From: Octopus sinensis
Lineage: Eukaryota
Assembly (NCBI RefSeq): GCF_006345805.1
Contig: NC_042999.1
Location: 38,750,001-38,814,000, forward strand
Direction of reading: 5' to 3'
DNA length: 64,000 bases
Positions 27,362 to 39,675 of the stretch are shown piece after piece. Below the pieces are notes generated by a model. It was not told where the DNA came from. It did no database searches and saw nothing but the letters and a program-made list of their open reading frames with translations. Numbering within the stretch: the first letter of the stretch is position 1; each line of letters starts with the position of its first letter. The position numbers and the translations under genes are program-made.

Positions 27362-27620
27362 TACGTGTGTATATTTAAAGGCTAAAAAAACCACTATGTG
27401 GTTAGCCATATGCTAGACGTAGATCACCTGCGATCAAACTACAAAGAAAAGAATGTTCTTTAGAGAAAAATTCAGCGGGCACCAGAACAATATGCAGGCA
27501 AGACATGAAAATTAAATAAAAAAACAACATTCTTTTCTTTGTAGTTTGATCGCAGGTGATCTACTTCTAGCATATGGCTAACCACATAGTGTTTTTTAGC
27601 TCTTTAAATATACACATGTA
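27362..27620. repeat. Inverted repeat (~95-bp arms, ~68-nt spacer) adjoining a half hammerhead
   Basis: cactatgtggttagccatatgctag..agatcacctgcgatcaaactacaaagaaaagaatgtt is mirrored at 27526-27620. Just upstream is ctgaaga-attaga[gaaaat]tctaat with no GAAA half. Confidence 0.85.
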
Positions 27621-27708
27621 TATATATATATACATATTATGTATATATATATATATACATATGTATATATATATTATTATACATATATGTATATATATAT
27701 ATATATAT

Positions 27709-27752
<44 letters not shown>

Positions 27753-27754
<2 letters not shown>

Positions 27755-29425
27755 TCTTTTACTCTTTTACTTGTTTCACAAGCCATCCGGCTGAGGCCAT
27801 GCTGGGGCACCGCCCTTGTTGCTACCCTCTCTAAGTCCAGTTTGCCGTGGCTGGCCACTGATCTAAGAGAGAGTTTGTAGCTTCTGCCCTAGGTTACCTT
27901 CGTACCTTGCAGTGGGTTCATCTGGGATCCCGGAAAGCAGCTTGCCTAGATGTTTTTTGAAAATGTCCACATCCGCATCATGTAGATCTCTTAGTTTTCT
28001 TGGCAGTTTGTTGAACAGCTGAGGGCCCCTGAACCCCAGGCTATTACAGTATCTGCTCCTTACCCTGGATGTGGAAGACGGGACCTTTGGCACCACACAG
28101 TGACGTCCTGTACGGGGATTGAACAGCTCTCAATTCCAAAATTTGGTGCTAGTCCCTCCAGGATTTTCCATATGTATATCACTGCATATCTCTCTCGTCT
28201 TCGTTCCAAGGAGTACAAATTGAGTTCCCTAAGCCTCTCCCAATAGTTCTTTTCTTTCATGGTGGAAATCCTCTTGGTGAAATGTCTTTGGATTGTCTCA
28301 AGCTCTGTGGTTAGTTTGACACTATGCGGTGACCACAGTTGGGAGCAGTAGTCCAGGCGGCTTAGGACAAATGTCCTCCATAGTGTCAACATGGTCTCGC
28401 AGTCTCTTGTCCGGAATGTCCTCAGGATCCAGCCAGTGAGTCGTCTGCACATTGTCGCCACCTTCGCGATGTGTGAAGAAAAGATGGCATCGTCACTCAT
28501 GTCTATCCCCAGGTCCGTATTGATTTCGATACTGGATTCGATCCCTCCTGGACCAGTATAGTTGTGTTGTAATGTATATGTGTTTACAGCTTGGATTGTA
28601 AGGCTTGAAATTTACCAGCATTAAATTGCTGTTGTTGTCTTCAGCCCATTTGTATATGGCATCCAGATCTTGTTGTAAAAGGTCAGCATCAGCTGGGTTT
28701 TTGATTGCCTGTGCTACCTTTGTGTCATCAGCATAGCTAGTGAGGGATGTTTGTGCTACCAGGGCATGTCAGAGAGCGCCACCAAAAAAACAGCAAGGGT
28801 CCCAAGACTGTGCCATGTGGCACCCCGCTTGCTATTGGGTGTCTTCCCGAGAGGGCTCAATTGGCTGCAACCATCTGGCTTCTGTCCTTCAGGAAGTCAT
28901 GTATCCACTCACCTACTTTTCCTGTTATGCCGAGTCTGAGTAATTTGTGACATATCACTCCGTGGTCGACTTTGTCAAAGGCCTTCGCAAAGTCGAGAGA
29001 TTACCACATCTACCTGTGAGCGATCCAGTAGTTGTTTCAGTACCCAGTCGTAGTGTTGTAACAGCTGCGTAAGGCAGCTTCTTCCTGGGCGAAAGAGCCA
29101 TGCTGTGTGTCAGTGAGACGGTTAGTTTCTTCGAGGAACGTGATCAGTTTTTTTCTGATGATTCGTTCCATGACCTACTTATGTGTGACGTCAGGGAGAC
29201 TGGCCTGTAGTTTTTGGCCTCTGCTATACTCCCTCCTTTGTGGATAGGGCATATGGTGCCTTCTTTTAGCGCCCTGGGGCAGTTTACCGTTAGTTAGCCA
29301 AGGAACCACTGAAGAGCTTCTTCAGTGGTCCCGCTAGGGCATGCCGCATGTTTTTAGGAGGACTGCTGGGAATCCATCTGGTCCAGCAGCTGAGTTATCT
29401 CATTTCTTCTATGCAGATATTAAAT
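27753..29425 (-). mobile_element. CR1-type LINE remnant (RT domain to 3' end), pseudogenised
   Basis: Minus-strand motifs: GVPHGTVLG-P, SYADDTKVAQAIKNPADADLLQQDLDAIYKWAE, LSRLDYCSQLWSPH..LETIQRHFTKRI...YWERLRELNLYSLERRRERY. It ends in an aaaagag-repeat tail. Confidence 0.92.
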
Positions 29426-29689
29426 CCCTCTCTGTTATGTATATGTGGTCGATGGTTGTTGTTTGGTTTGGAGTGTTGTGGCATCAAAGAAAACTTCTGG
29501 GTTTGTGATTTGCATGTGCATATGTATATATGCATGTGCATGTGTATATATATATATATATACGATGTCTGATCATTAAGTATCATGACTGTTACCATAG
29601 TAACAAAGCTAATGCACACAGTGTAAAGGCACTCGGCACAAGTTGACATTCAACTCTGTTGTGCATGCGCACTAACTGTTATCATTCTA

Positions 29690-29900
29690 GCTTACTTCTG
29701 AGGTATACAGCAGTGCTTGGCAGGAAGATGTGTAGCGATGTTATTGTCGCATTGACCATGACAGAAAAAGTTGTCATGGTGATATCCACTCAGAGGCCTA
29801 CGCAAAATTTGCAGAAAATGTGTGGAGATGAGTGTATGATCCGCGCATAAGTGTCCGAGTGGATCCGTTGTTTCCAAGACAAGATACAATGTGCAAGAGA
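29690..29900 (+). mobile_element. Short mariner transposase N-terminal remnant
   Basis: MTEKV....QNLQKMCGDECMIRA*VSEWIRCFQD resembles the mariner HTH segment YGDECMSR..VFEW..RF. Confidence 0.5.
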
Positions 29901-30077
29901 GAAGACTTAGGAAGACATAACACAAAGTACTGAAGCAGGACCACAGCATGCTGCACCTTTAAGATGAAATGAGAAAGGACTGAGATACCTGGCACGCTGC
30001 TGCAGTCATGAAATCACGTACTCCACAACGAAAGTTTTAAGGCCGTTCCCCCTGATGAGGAGGTTGCCTGCAATAAT

Positions 30078-30275
30078 CCAGTGTCGGTGCCACGTAAAAG
30101 GCATTCGTGGGAGAGCACTAGCGGTGCACGTAAAAGCTCACAATACACTCACTAAAGTAGTGGCATCCAGTCGTTGAAAGCATGCCAAATCAGACTGGAG
30201 CCTGGTGCAGCTCCACAGCTTGCTAATTATGATCAAAGCGGTCAACCCATGGACGACAGACGTTATATGATGATG
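30078..30275 (+). mobile_element. SINE/LINE-tail fragment ending in (GAT)n
   Basis: cggtgccacgtaaaag occurs twice, followed by ggcatccag..cagactggagcctggtgcagc..caacccatg and a gatgatgat tail. Recognised as a common cephalopod repeat from memory only. Confidence 0.6.
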
Positions 30276-31618
30276 ATATACATCTCATATGTCACACGGA
30301 AACATTACATATGTGACACAGACATATGACAATAAGTCAATCTCCCCTTATTAAGGGTAAGTTGAAACTCTATGTGAATATAAAAAGCGTTTTATCAATA
30401 TGTTTATTTATATGTATGTGTATGTATATATGTGTTAAATATGCGTGTGGTTGTGTGTCTGTGTATGTGTGTGTGTTGGTGTGTGCGTGCATATTTCTGA
30501 GTTGGTAGAGCATACCCCCATGCATATACATCTCGCTGCATATATGTGTGCACCTGTGTGTTTCTAATGCATACTACCATGTTCATGTATCTTGCGATGA
30601 AATTATTCGTTAATTACTATGTAAATAAGATACTTCGGCTGAAATGTTAGACTCTCCGAACAGCCATTTCCATTAATTGGGAGAAAGATAAACATCTATA
30701 GGTTGGTGGAGCTACGTCGGTACGTATGACAGGTTAGTAAATATACATTGATGTATTAGTAAGCAAACATGTATGTTTTTTTATCATCTACCCCATGGGA
30801 ACTAAATTATTGATAAAAATATCTAACTAATAGTTTGTGCGACCGATTAATCAAAAGTAGCTTAGTTAATTGCTTAACTAGTTCTTTGATAATAATTAAA
30901 GATGTGAAATGCGTCCAGAGCCTGTGTTTCTTATTCAAACAATAACAATTATTATGCAACGTGGAAATAATGTACAGCAATATTAAGCAGGTGAGACGCT
31001 CAGTAACAAGCGTTTTAGTATCTCGATACCGCCTTTTACTAGCGACTATCATTTTTAGCTGGTGTATACATATCACACAAAAACGAATTTTATTCTCTCT
31101 TACTTGTTTTTTAAGTGTGATATGTGATGCATCAATATAATATATAAGATTGAATATAAATAAATGAGAAAAAATTCTTCTCCCACAAAAGGTGCCGAAT
31201 AAACTGAATATCATGATTTTATTTTAAATAAATGTTGACATATCTTTTCTTATCTGAAACCTGAAATATCAGTGAAATCAGATGAAGTGTTTTGAAAAAA
31301 TATTTGCAAAACTAACACCTTGGAATTTGCTGTTAGTTTTCTATGATTGTTTCGTTGTGAATTTATTATGTTTATTTTTTTTTATTGAATTGTTGTCAGT
31401 TTCTTTTATCATTACTCATAAATCCGTGTCAAATTGCACTGTGTAAACAGAATATCACCGTAAAGTATAACATCACGTACACGTTTATGAATGTAGATAT
31501 CTAGATAATTAGTTTTCAATCTAAAGTTATGTATATATAAATAGGAAATTTATGTCTTAATATAAATATTATGAGAAATATATGTATATGAATGGTGTGT
31601 ATGTGTGTATACATACAC

Positions 31619-31731
<113 letters not shown>

Positions 31732-32547
31732 ATGACTATCTATCTATCTCTCTCTCTCTATATATATATAAATATATATATATGCATATATATATATATA
31801 TATATACATATATATACACATAGGCATATATACAGGTATATATATATGTATCTATCTGTCTATCTATCTAGTAATATCTTTATATTTGCACACACACAAA
31901 CACATGCGATGTATTTTTCTGAGATAGTAATATGATAACATCATAAACAGCCGGGTAAGTGGGGAAAACTGAGGCGTGAAAACAGAAAAGAAATAATAAT
32001 AATAAAGCATATTAAAGTAAAATGACACTACAAAACAAATAAAAGGTGGACAATATTTAAAATATATAGCTTACAGAAATGGAAAATTCAGAAGTAACAA
32101 TACGGGAGGCAATGAATTGTATCAATGCATAAAATATATAGAATGAAAGAATTCACTGAAGTGTCGAATAACATTGAGCAAAACTATAACAATGGAAAAA
32201 TGCAAACTGCAATTTAGTTCTGTGATACTTGATGTTATATCTGCATGAATGTCGGACAGGGTACATATTTCGCGAACTCCTTCAAAGTAGTGTTATTTTG
32301 CGTGGAATAAACTGTACATTGAAAAATTCCTGATGGATTGTTCGTGAAGAAGCGTTGGTGAATCTCTCACGCCACTGTATATTCATAAACACGATTGGGG
32401 CAGGATCCAGTTCTATACGCATGCTTAGATCTGTAACCATGTATGAAGTACTATAACCGTGTACCAAAAAGCGATGCATATATGACAGATATATTGCTTA
32501 TATATATATATATATATATATAGATATATTGCTAATATATATATATT

Positions 32548-32578
<31 letters not shown>

Positions 32579-32945
32579 GGTTCCAGGTTCAGTCCCACTG
32601 CGTGGGACATTGGACAAGTGTCTTCTACTATATCCTCGGGTCAACCAAAGCCTTGTGAGTGGATTTGGTAGACGGAAACTAAAAGAAGCCCGTCGTATAT
32701 ATATGTATATATATTTATCTGTGTGTGTGTATGTTTATGTGTCTGTATTTGCTCCCCTCCCCAACATCGCTTGACAACCAATGCTGGTGTGTTTACGTCC
32801 CCGTAACTTAGCGGATCGGTAAAAGAGACCGACATAATAAGTAATAGGCCTACAAAGTAAGTCCTGGGATCGATTTGCTCGACTAAAGGCGGTGCTCCAG
32901 CATGGCTACAGTCAAATGACTGAAACAAGTAAAAGAGTAAAGAGT
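32579..32945 (+). mobile_element. SINE family A (5' A-box lost)
   Basis: Runs from ggttccaggttcagtcccactgcg to gaaacaagtaaaagagtaaagag. Confidence 0.92.
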
Positions 32946-33496
32946 AATATCTTCACAAATATGTGTATTTACATCAATGTATTGTTTTTTATCAATGTCC
33001 TTTTGTGGATAGTTTCAGTACAATGTAAATCTGGCATTGTTGTATAACAGTAGTACTCATCGGCGAAGCAATCATCCAAAATTGCACTATAGCTTACATG
33101 CACACATACCCACAAACACGTGCGCGCGCACACACACACACACACTCTCTCCCTCTCCCTCTCTCTCTCTCTACATATTTTCTTTCACACGCACGTACAC
33201 TTAAAACACAAGCAGCTAGAAGTGTATCTATAAACAAGTACAAAGCATACAGACTTCATATTGTGCTCATGTTTCATTTTTTTTTCCACCAAAAATGACG
33301 ATAATACTATTCCTAAATGTAAAATGTTTGTCCAAATGCCAGATTGGAAATAATCAAATCACAAGGTCTGTTTAATGTAACACATTCTTCTTTCGCTTCA
33401 TTCTCTTCTCTCCCAGATGAACCTTTCGATTGGCACATCAATTATTTCTTAAATGCATAAATACATTCATTCTTACAAACATACCTAGATACATAC

Positions 33497-33565
<69 letters not shown>

Positions 33566-33754
33566 ATATATATATACTTTATAATTAGGGTTCAGCAAAG
33601 ATTTGCTTTACCACATAACAGAAGTTTAGAAATAGCAGTCAAAAAACCTTAGCTATTTATTCTACTTAAAAGGAACTCCCAGAAAAAGCCAAAATACTTG
33701 AATACAATGTACGCAGGCAGAGAGGAAAAATAACTAAAATCAACCCTTATCTGG

Positions 33755-33843
33755 TCACCCATGTACGCGCGTTTCGGAATTAGATCGGTATAAAGAATAT
33801 AGAATTATTATACTTTACCCAACCATTTTCGTTCATCAGCATT
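33755..33843 (-). ncRNA. Antisense twin of the minimal hammerhead (stem I reduced to 3 bp)
   Basis: Reverse complement of 33884-33970; the 5' stem I strand is truncated to AUG at the fold-back junction. Confidence 0.55.
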
Positions 33844-33880
33844 CAGTGCCTTCTTATTTGATATTTAATATTGTTGGAGT

Positions 33881-33965
33881 CCCATGCTGATGAACGAAAA
33901 TGGTTGGGTAAAGTATAATTCTATATTAGTTATACCGATCTAATTCCGAAACGCGCGTACATGGG
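33881..33965 (+). ncRNA. Minimal type I hammerhead ribozyme motif
   Basis: cccatg-CTGATGA-[54-nt imperfect stem II incl. gtataa/ttatac]-GAA-ACGCGCGT-A-catggg. Stem I is 6 bp, stem III is the palindrome ACGCGCGT, and the cleavage triplet is GUA at 33957-33959. Confidence 0.75.
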
Positions 33966-34785
33966 TGACCAGATATGGATTGATTTTCGTTATTTTTCTT
34001 CTCAGCGTGCGTAGATTGTTTTCAAGTATTTTGGGTTTTTTTCTGGGAGTCCCTTTTTAAAGTAGAAGAAATAGCCGAATTCTACTTGGTGAAATTATTG
34101 ATTACGTCTTAATTAATTACTTTATATATAGAATTATATACGAAAGAAGGTTTGGAAATGCAATTTAAAAGATGTTTATTTACTTTACCGGTTTCACTCT
34201 TTGGAAAAAGATTGTCAAAAGTAACATGTAGAAGTTTGGTTGCGTCAATTATTGGTTGTTGCAAATTGCTACATTACATATATACAGTCTTTGGTAACAG
34301 GGACATGTTAAGGACATAAAAAAGTTCAACAAGTTCCTTAAAATATTGGGCACAAAATATTACTACATAAATAATCGTTCTCAAGGATATACTTAAGATA
34401 GTTTCCAGAAGGAATTGATATTGGTATTGTATCTGTATATTCAAACATGCACAGAATACAGAATATTGGTTGACAAAGAGTACTATAATCCATATAAATA
34501 TACATTCTTTGGTGACAACAGTATGTTGAGAATATGAAAAAGTTTAATAAGCTCATTGGAATAATGGGCAGAAAAGATTAAAACAAATATATTATACATC
34601 TCTAGGTAATTTCCAGGAGGAATTATTAAAAAAGTTCAGTATACACATAGAGAATATTATGAGTTCAAAAAAGATTTACATTATAATAGTGGGGGAGCTA
34701 AAACTGACCTGTCCGTTTTAGGAGGAGAACAATGTGGAACTGAAAAGAATGTACCGTTTTTATCTTTTTTTGTCTCTTCTTCAAG

Positions 34786-34812
34786 CATCAATGATTTTGG
34801 GGTCAGGATGAG
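34786..34812 (+). CDS. Candidate 27-nt microexon (phase 2/2; INDFGVRM)
   Basis: Long polypyrimidine acceptor tttttatctttttttgtctcttcttcaag| and consensus donor GAG|gtgagt. Only one of the three frames is open. Confidence 0.35.
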
Positions 34813-35574
34813 GTGAGTGTGTGTGTCTTTGTGTGTATGCGTGTGTGCATACATACATATGTGGTGTGAATAGATGTGTCTGTGTGTCTGTAAGATCTGG
34901 TAGGGTGGTGTGTCTGTTTGCGTGCGTGTCCATGTCTGTTGGGTGTATCCGTGTGGCATGCGTGTATACGTGTCCTGCGTGTGTTGGCATTTAGTATGTG
35001 CCTGCGTGTGTGCGTGTACACGGTGTGGGTGCACGCGTCCTTGTGTGTGCATATACATGCATACACGTGCCTACGCGTGCGTGCGGGCCATACATACACA
35101 CTATATATATATATATATATACATACACATATATATACATCATACATATACATACCACACACACACATCACACACCACACAAACACACACATACAACACA
35201 TATATATACATATAATATACACACACAATATACACACACACAACACACATATATATAATACACACACCACACCACAACACACATATATATATTAATATAA
35301 TATATATATATATATATATATAATATATATAATATATATAATATATATAACACACAAACACATATATATATATATTATAGACAAAATGGACTAAACAGGA
35401 CAGGAGGAGACACGTGGAATGGAGAGTCGATGAAGAGGTCACAAAATGTTTCACTAATATTTTCCAGACTATGTCATCAAATGATTAGAACAATAAAAAT
35501 ATAAACGTGCAGTGAAGAACGAATATATAATGCGTGTGTTTATTTGGCAAATGTATATATTATTTTTCTTTTTA

Positions 35575-35775
35575 TTCTTTTAATTGTTTATGTCATTTGA
35601 TAGCACCCATGTTGGAGCAACGGCTTCAGTCGAACAAATCGACTCCAGAACTTATTTTTTGTAAGACTTGTAGTTATTCTATCAGTTTTCTTTTGCTAAA
35701 CCGCTAAGTTATGGAGACGTCAACACACCAACATTAGTTGTCAAGCGATAGTGCGGAGACAAATAACGACACGTA
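35575..35775 (-). mobile_element. Old SINE family A 3' half
   Basis: catgttggagca..tcagtcgaacaaatcgac..aaaccgctaagtta..gttgtcaagcgat. Confidence 0.75.
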
Positions 35776-37256
35776 TGTATACACACACACACGCATGCAC
35801 GCACCTACACATATACATAAATAGAAAAAAAATATTATTTCTTAATCAGTAACAGTACTCTAGAGTAAATATTATTTGCCAGCATAATGTGGCAGTCCTA
35901 TTTAGGGCGAATGTTACTGTTTTTTAGCCCCGGGAAGCATTATCTCCAACTGGCAATACGATACACTATATGTGTCATTATATTTTCGTAAAAAAAAGAG
36001 TTTAGCATCCATATTCAGCACAAAGCAATATCTGCGTACCGCACTTTCTGTGTTATTTCACTTCGTCAGCACAAAATAACTGCTTGGCTAGAGATGGCGC
36101 TGCCGAACTCTTCTTCGAAATATATTATCATTTCTAAATATCTCAACGAGAGACATTATTAAGAGTACTCAGAAGGTGTAAATATCCAAGCAAGGTATAT
36201 ACAGCAGGTTACTCTTCAGGTCAGTGACCTCCTGGAGTAGCGGTATGTACTTTCTTGTCCATAGTCTGAAGTTATTGACAGCTATTAATGCATTAGTCGT
36301 ACCATATCCCAGATATAACGAATCTCATCTTACTTGAAAAACATATAGCTGTTGCTCTAAAAAATCCTTACAATTTTCTTATAGTTTTGGGTGGCAACCT
36401 AGGACATTCCTGAGCAAAATTTTCTTAGAAATGTGGTTCGCCTTATGTTGACCCATGGCACATACGGCCCGCTTTTTGAAAAAGGTTCCCCGTGTTTGTA
36501 TTATTTAGTACCTAGATCATTCTATAGCAACGAGTATAAAAAATATAAATTCGTGACATATTCTAAATAATGCAGCTACCTGTCAGTAAATAAATGCTTT
36601 ATATAGGTAAAGCTGCATTGATGTGCAATGATTTAAGTCAGTTAAATGAAAATTGCTGCTAGACCCCTAACTGCAGTTTGCTATAAAATCCATGGTTCTG
36701 TGTATGATCGATTGAAGGCTAAGCTGTAGGACAGCCAATTTAACGTTGAAGCTATACTGTGCTAATACCCAATGCAAGGTCGTTGTATAATTTAACTCCT
36801 GATAATTGAACAACGGCGGTGACTGAAATCGTTATATCAAAGAAAATTAATGGAAAAATCTAGAAAATATAATTATTCTTCGGTTATCTCTATTTTTCAA
36901 ACACATGAAACCTAATACTAACGAGCCTCAATTAATTAAGATCCCTTAACCAGAAACTCTTAATTAGCAAGCGCTTAGTAATATATTGATACACTGGATA
37001 TGAGCGAGATAATTTAAATTAAATTCATATATATCTGTGTTACTTAGATAAACCAATATATTTAATGGACCTAAAAGACAATTAATTATATCTATACACA
37101 TGGCAACCGCATTATCAGATTTGCTAGTCTTAATCATTAGCTCAAGGATCAAAAGCGAATCTATATTTATTATGCTACCCACAACTTTATACTCCAATTA
37201 CGTTTCAATGTCTTTTATATCAGTGTGTGTATATAGGCACACACACACATACACAC

Positions 37257-37321
<65 letters not shown>

Positions 37322-38169
37322 TATGTATGTATGTATGCACGCGTGTGTAAAATACAGCATGTATTGGAGAACGAGACCAATTATCTATTAAGTTTTTAAA
37401 GGTTTTCAGGTGAAACTTAAAAATCTTGCAAATAAACATTGATATATTTCCATAACAATAAAGATTATTGTGAAAATGTACCACTCGTCAGATAAATGCA
37501 TACATGAACACACACACACACACACACACACACATAATATATCATATAATGTAATATAATATCATATATGTATGTATACATTATATTATGTTACATTATA
37601 TCATATTATATTATATTATATTATATTATATTATATTATATTATATTTTATATATATATATGTATATATATATATGTACATACATACAGATACATCCATA
37701 TGTAAATCATTGTATATAACTACATTCATACAGACACACACACACCTCTATACACATACATACACAAATGTTTGTGTTATGTATATATATATCAAAAATA
37801 GAAAATTTAGACCAATTAGATTAGTGTGCTCAATGTTGAGTTAGAGCACCGGCACAGTTTAGGCTACCTGTTGCCATCTGTAATTGTGGTACACTGCCAT
37901 TGGACTTAGTGTAGAAATTTCGCAATGGCAGTTACGGTAATAATATTATATATATGACCGGTGTTCCGCCCAACCTGACATTTCTTGGTTCGATTACCAT
38001 CCCTGTAGCATCTCTTGTATATCTGCCCATGACCCTCATCTCATAAGTCCCTGCCGTAAGGCTTCACTTCCACACGCGCCAGTTTAATTTAATTCATCCT
38101 TAGTTGAATGACAGCTTTTGTTTGTATTTGTAATTGTGTACAATCTCTCCGTTTTTTCTTCCTTGTTTT

Positions 38170-38400
38170 GGTACACAATCGCTTGCTTTATTCCAAAGAA
38201 TCTTGTGCTCTTAGCTTAGATTTTCTTGGGGCTGGCCAGATTGGCGCAGTCTCGAGTGTAACCGGGTGAAACTGCAACGATGATCTGTTACTCGACTGAA
38301 GAAAGAAAGCACTCAATATGACCCGTCTTTGCTTTTTCCTATCGTTTTTTGAATCGTTTAAATGTCCGGATGTTTTGTTGTCGCCTGTTACGTTCTTGTA
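38170..38400. repeat. Unclassified interspersed repeat, related to 43385-43630
   Basis: Both copies share cttagcttaga..ttttggg...tctc.agtg.aac....gaaa...tgacgtc/atc.g.tact.gactgaagaaagaa.gc...aatgaccc. Confidence 0.55.
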
Positions 38401-38409
38401 GCCCTGAAC

Positions 38410-38753
38410 ACTTCCCAGCCCAATCCCAAACACCTACACATACACACACGCAGGCCTCAAGGTCACCAGCCTTCTTCCACACGCACATACATGCTCTCTT
38501 ATGCACACGCACGCGAGCTTCGTTTTGGGATCACCACTACATTATTATTTACCCTTCTTTCTAGCTCTCCTGTGTCACCTCTCTGTACGGCATTATCGCT
38601 AGCCACTACACATTCTTTATTTTCTCTCCTCGTTTCTTTCTGTGTTCCTCTCTGTGGAGGAGCGTAGGCTCGAAACGTTAAAGAGCATTAAACTAATACA
38701 TCTGTTTATTGTGTACACCACCTGTCTACATTCTTAGTTTTTTTGTGAATTCT

Positions 38754-38760
<7 letters not shown>
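38410..38760 (+). mobile_element. PLE-type 3' end with degenerate hammerhead
   Basis: ctct-CTGTGGA-g gagc[gtag]gctc-GAAACGTT-aaagag at ~38645-38685. The core deviates from CUGANGA. Confidence 0.5.
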
Positions 38761-38825
<65 letters not shown>

Positions 38826-38918
38826 TATATACATATATAATATATATATATGCATACATATAAGGCACTGCTCTAGTATAGCAGCAGTCTAGTAACCAAA
38901 ACGTGTAAAATGTCACAG

Positions 38919-38965
<47 letters not shown>

Positions 38966-39159
38966 CGAAACAAAATAATATCATCTAGGTCATAATTGAT
39001 AAAGAATTAGGGACCATCTGTTCCTGTATTCCGTCTGTTTGTGTACTCAATATACTCTTTTCATTTAGTGTGTATATTCATTTTACATTTTGTTCTCTTT
39101 TTCGTCTGTGCCTTTCCTATAAAAACCTTTTCACTTACATATACATATAAATGCAATCA

Positions 39160-39343
39160 ATACACTGCGGGCATGCTGGAGCATCACCGTGAAGAGTTTT
39201 TAATCAAATGAATAGAAAACAGTAACTTTCTATAAGCTCGAACTTGCTCTCTCAGCTTTTTGTCGAATTACTATGTTGCAGGGACTAAAACCAATACCGA
39301 CTGTCAAGTATCTCTGGAGGACAAACAGAGAGACACACGCATG

Positions 39344-39390
<47 letters not shown>

Positions 39391-39590
39391 ACACACACAC
39401 ACACACAGATACATACAGACACATTCATCTACACACACGACGGGTTAATTTCGGTTTCCGCCCATCAAATCCACTCATAAGGCTTTGGGTGGCTGAGGGC
39501 TATAACATGCAATGGGACTGAAGAAATGAAAGTAGAGCCATGTTGATGCGAAGGAAATCACATACCACAGAGCCACGTCTGCGCCTATAT
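39160..39590 (-). mobile_element. Diverged SINE family A
   Basis: gcatgctggagcatc...aaatccactcataaggctttg...ccacagagccacgtctgcgcctata. Confidence 0.75.
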
Positions 39591-39675
39591 GCTTATAAAT
39601 ACATGTATGCGTGTGTAGATATACTTACATATGCATATACACACACATATATACATATATATATATAATTTATAA

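Larger units (their letters stand above)
33570..34140. mobile_element. PLE terminal repeat in inverted (fold-back) arrangement; arms 33651-33843 and 33884-34075
   Basis: The ~190-bp arms are reverse complementary, near-identical close to the 40-nt spacer and more diverged distally. PLE-end motifs lie on both sides. Confidence 0.85.

Noticed and set aside
30050-30075. CTGATGA followed by a short hairpin
   Set aside because: There is no downstream GAAA or cleavage triplet, so it is not a hammerhead.
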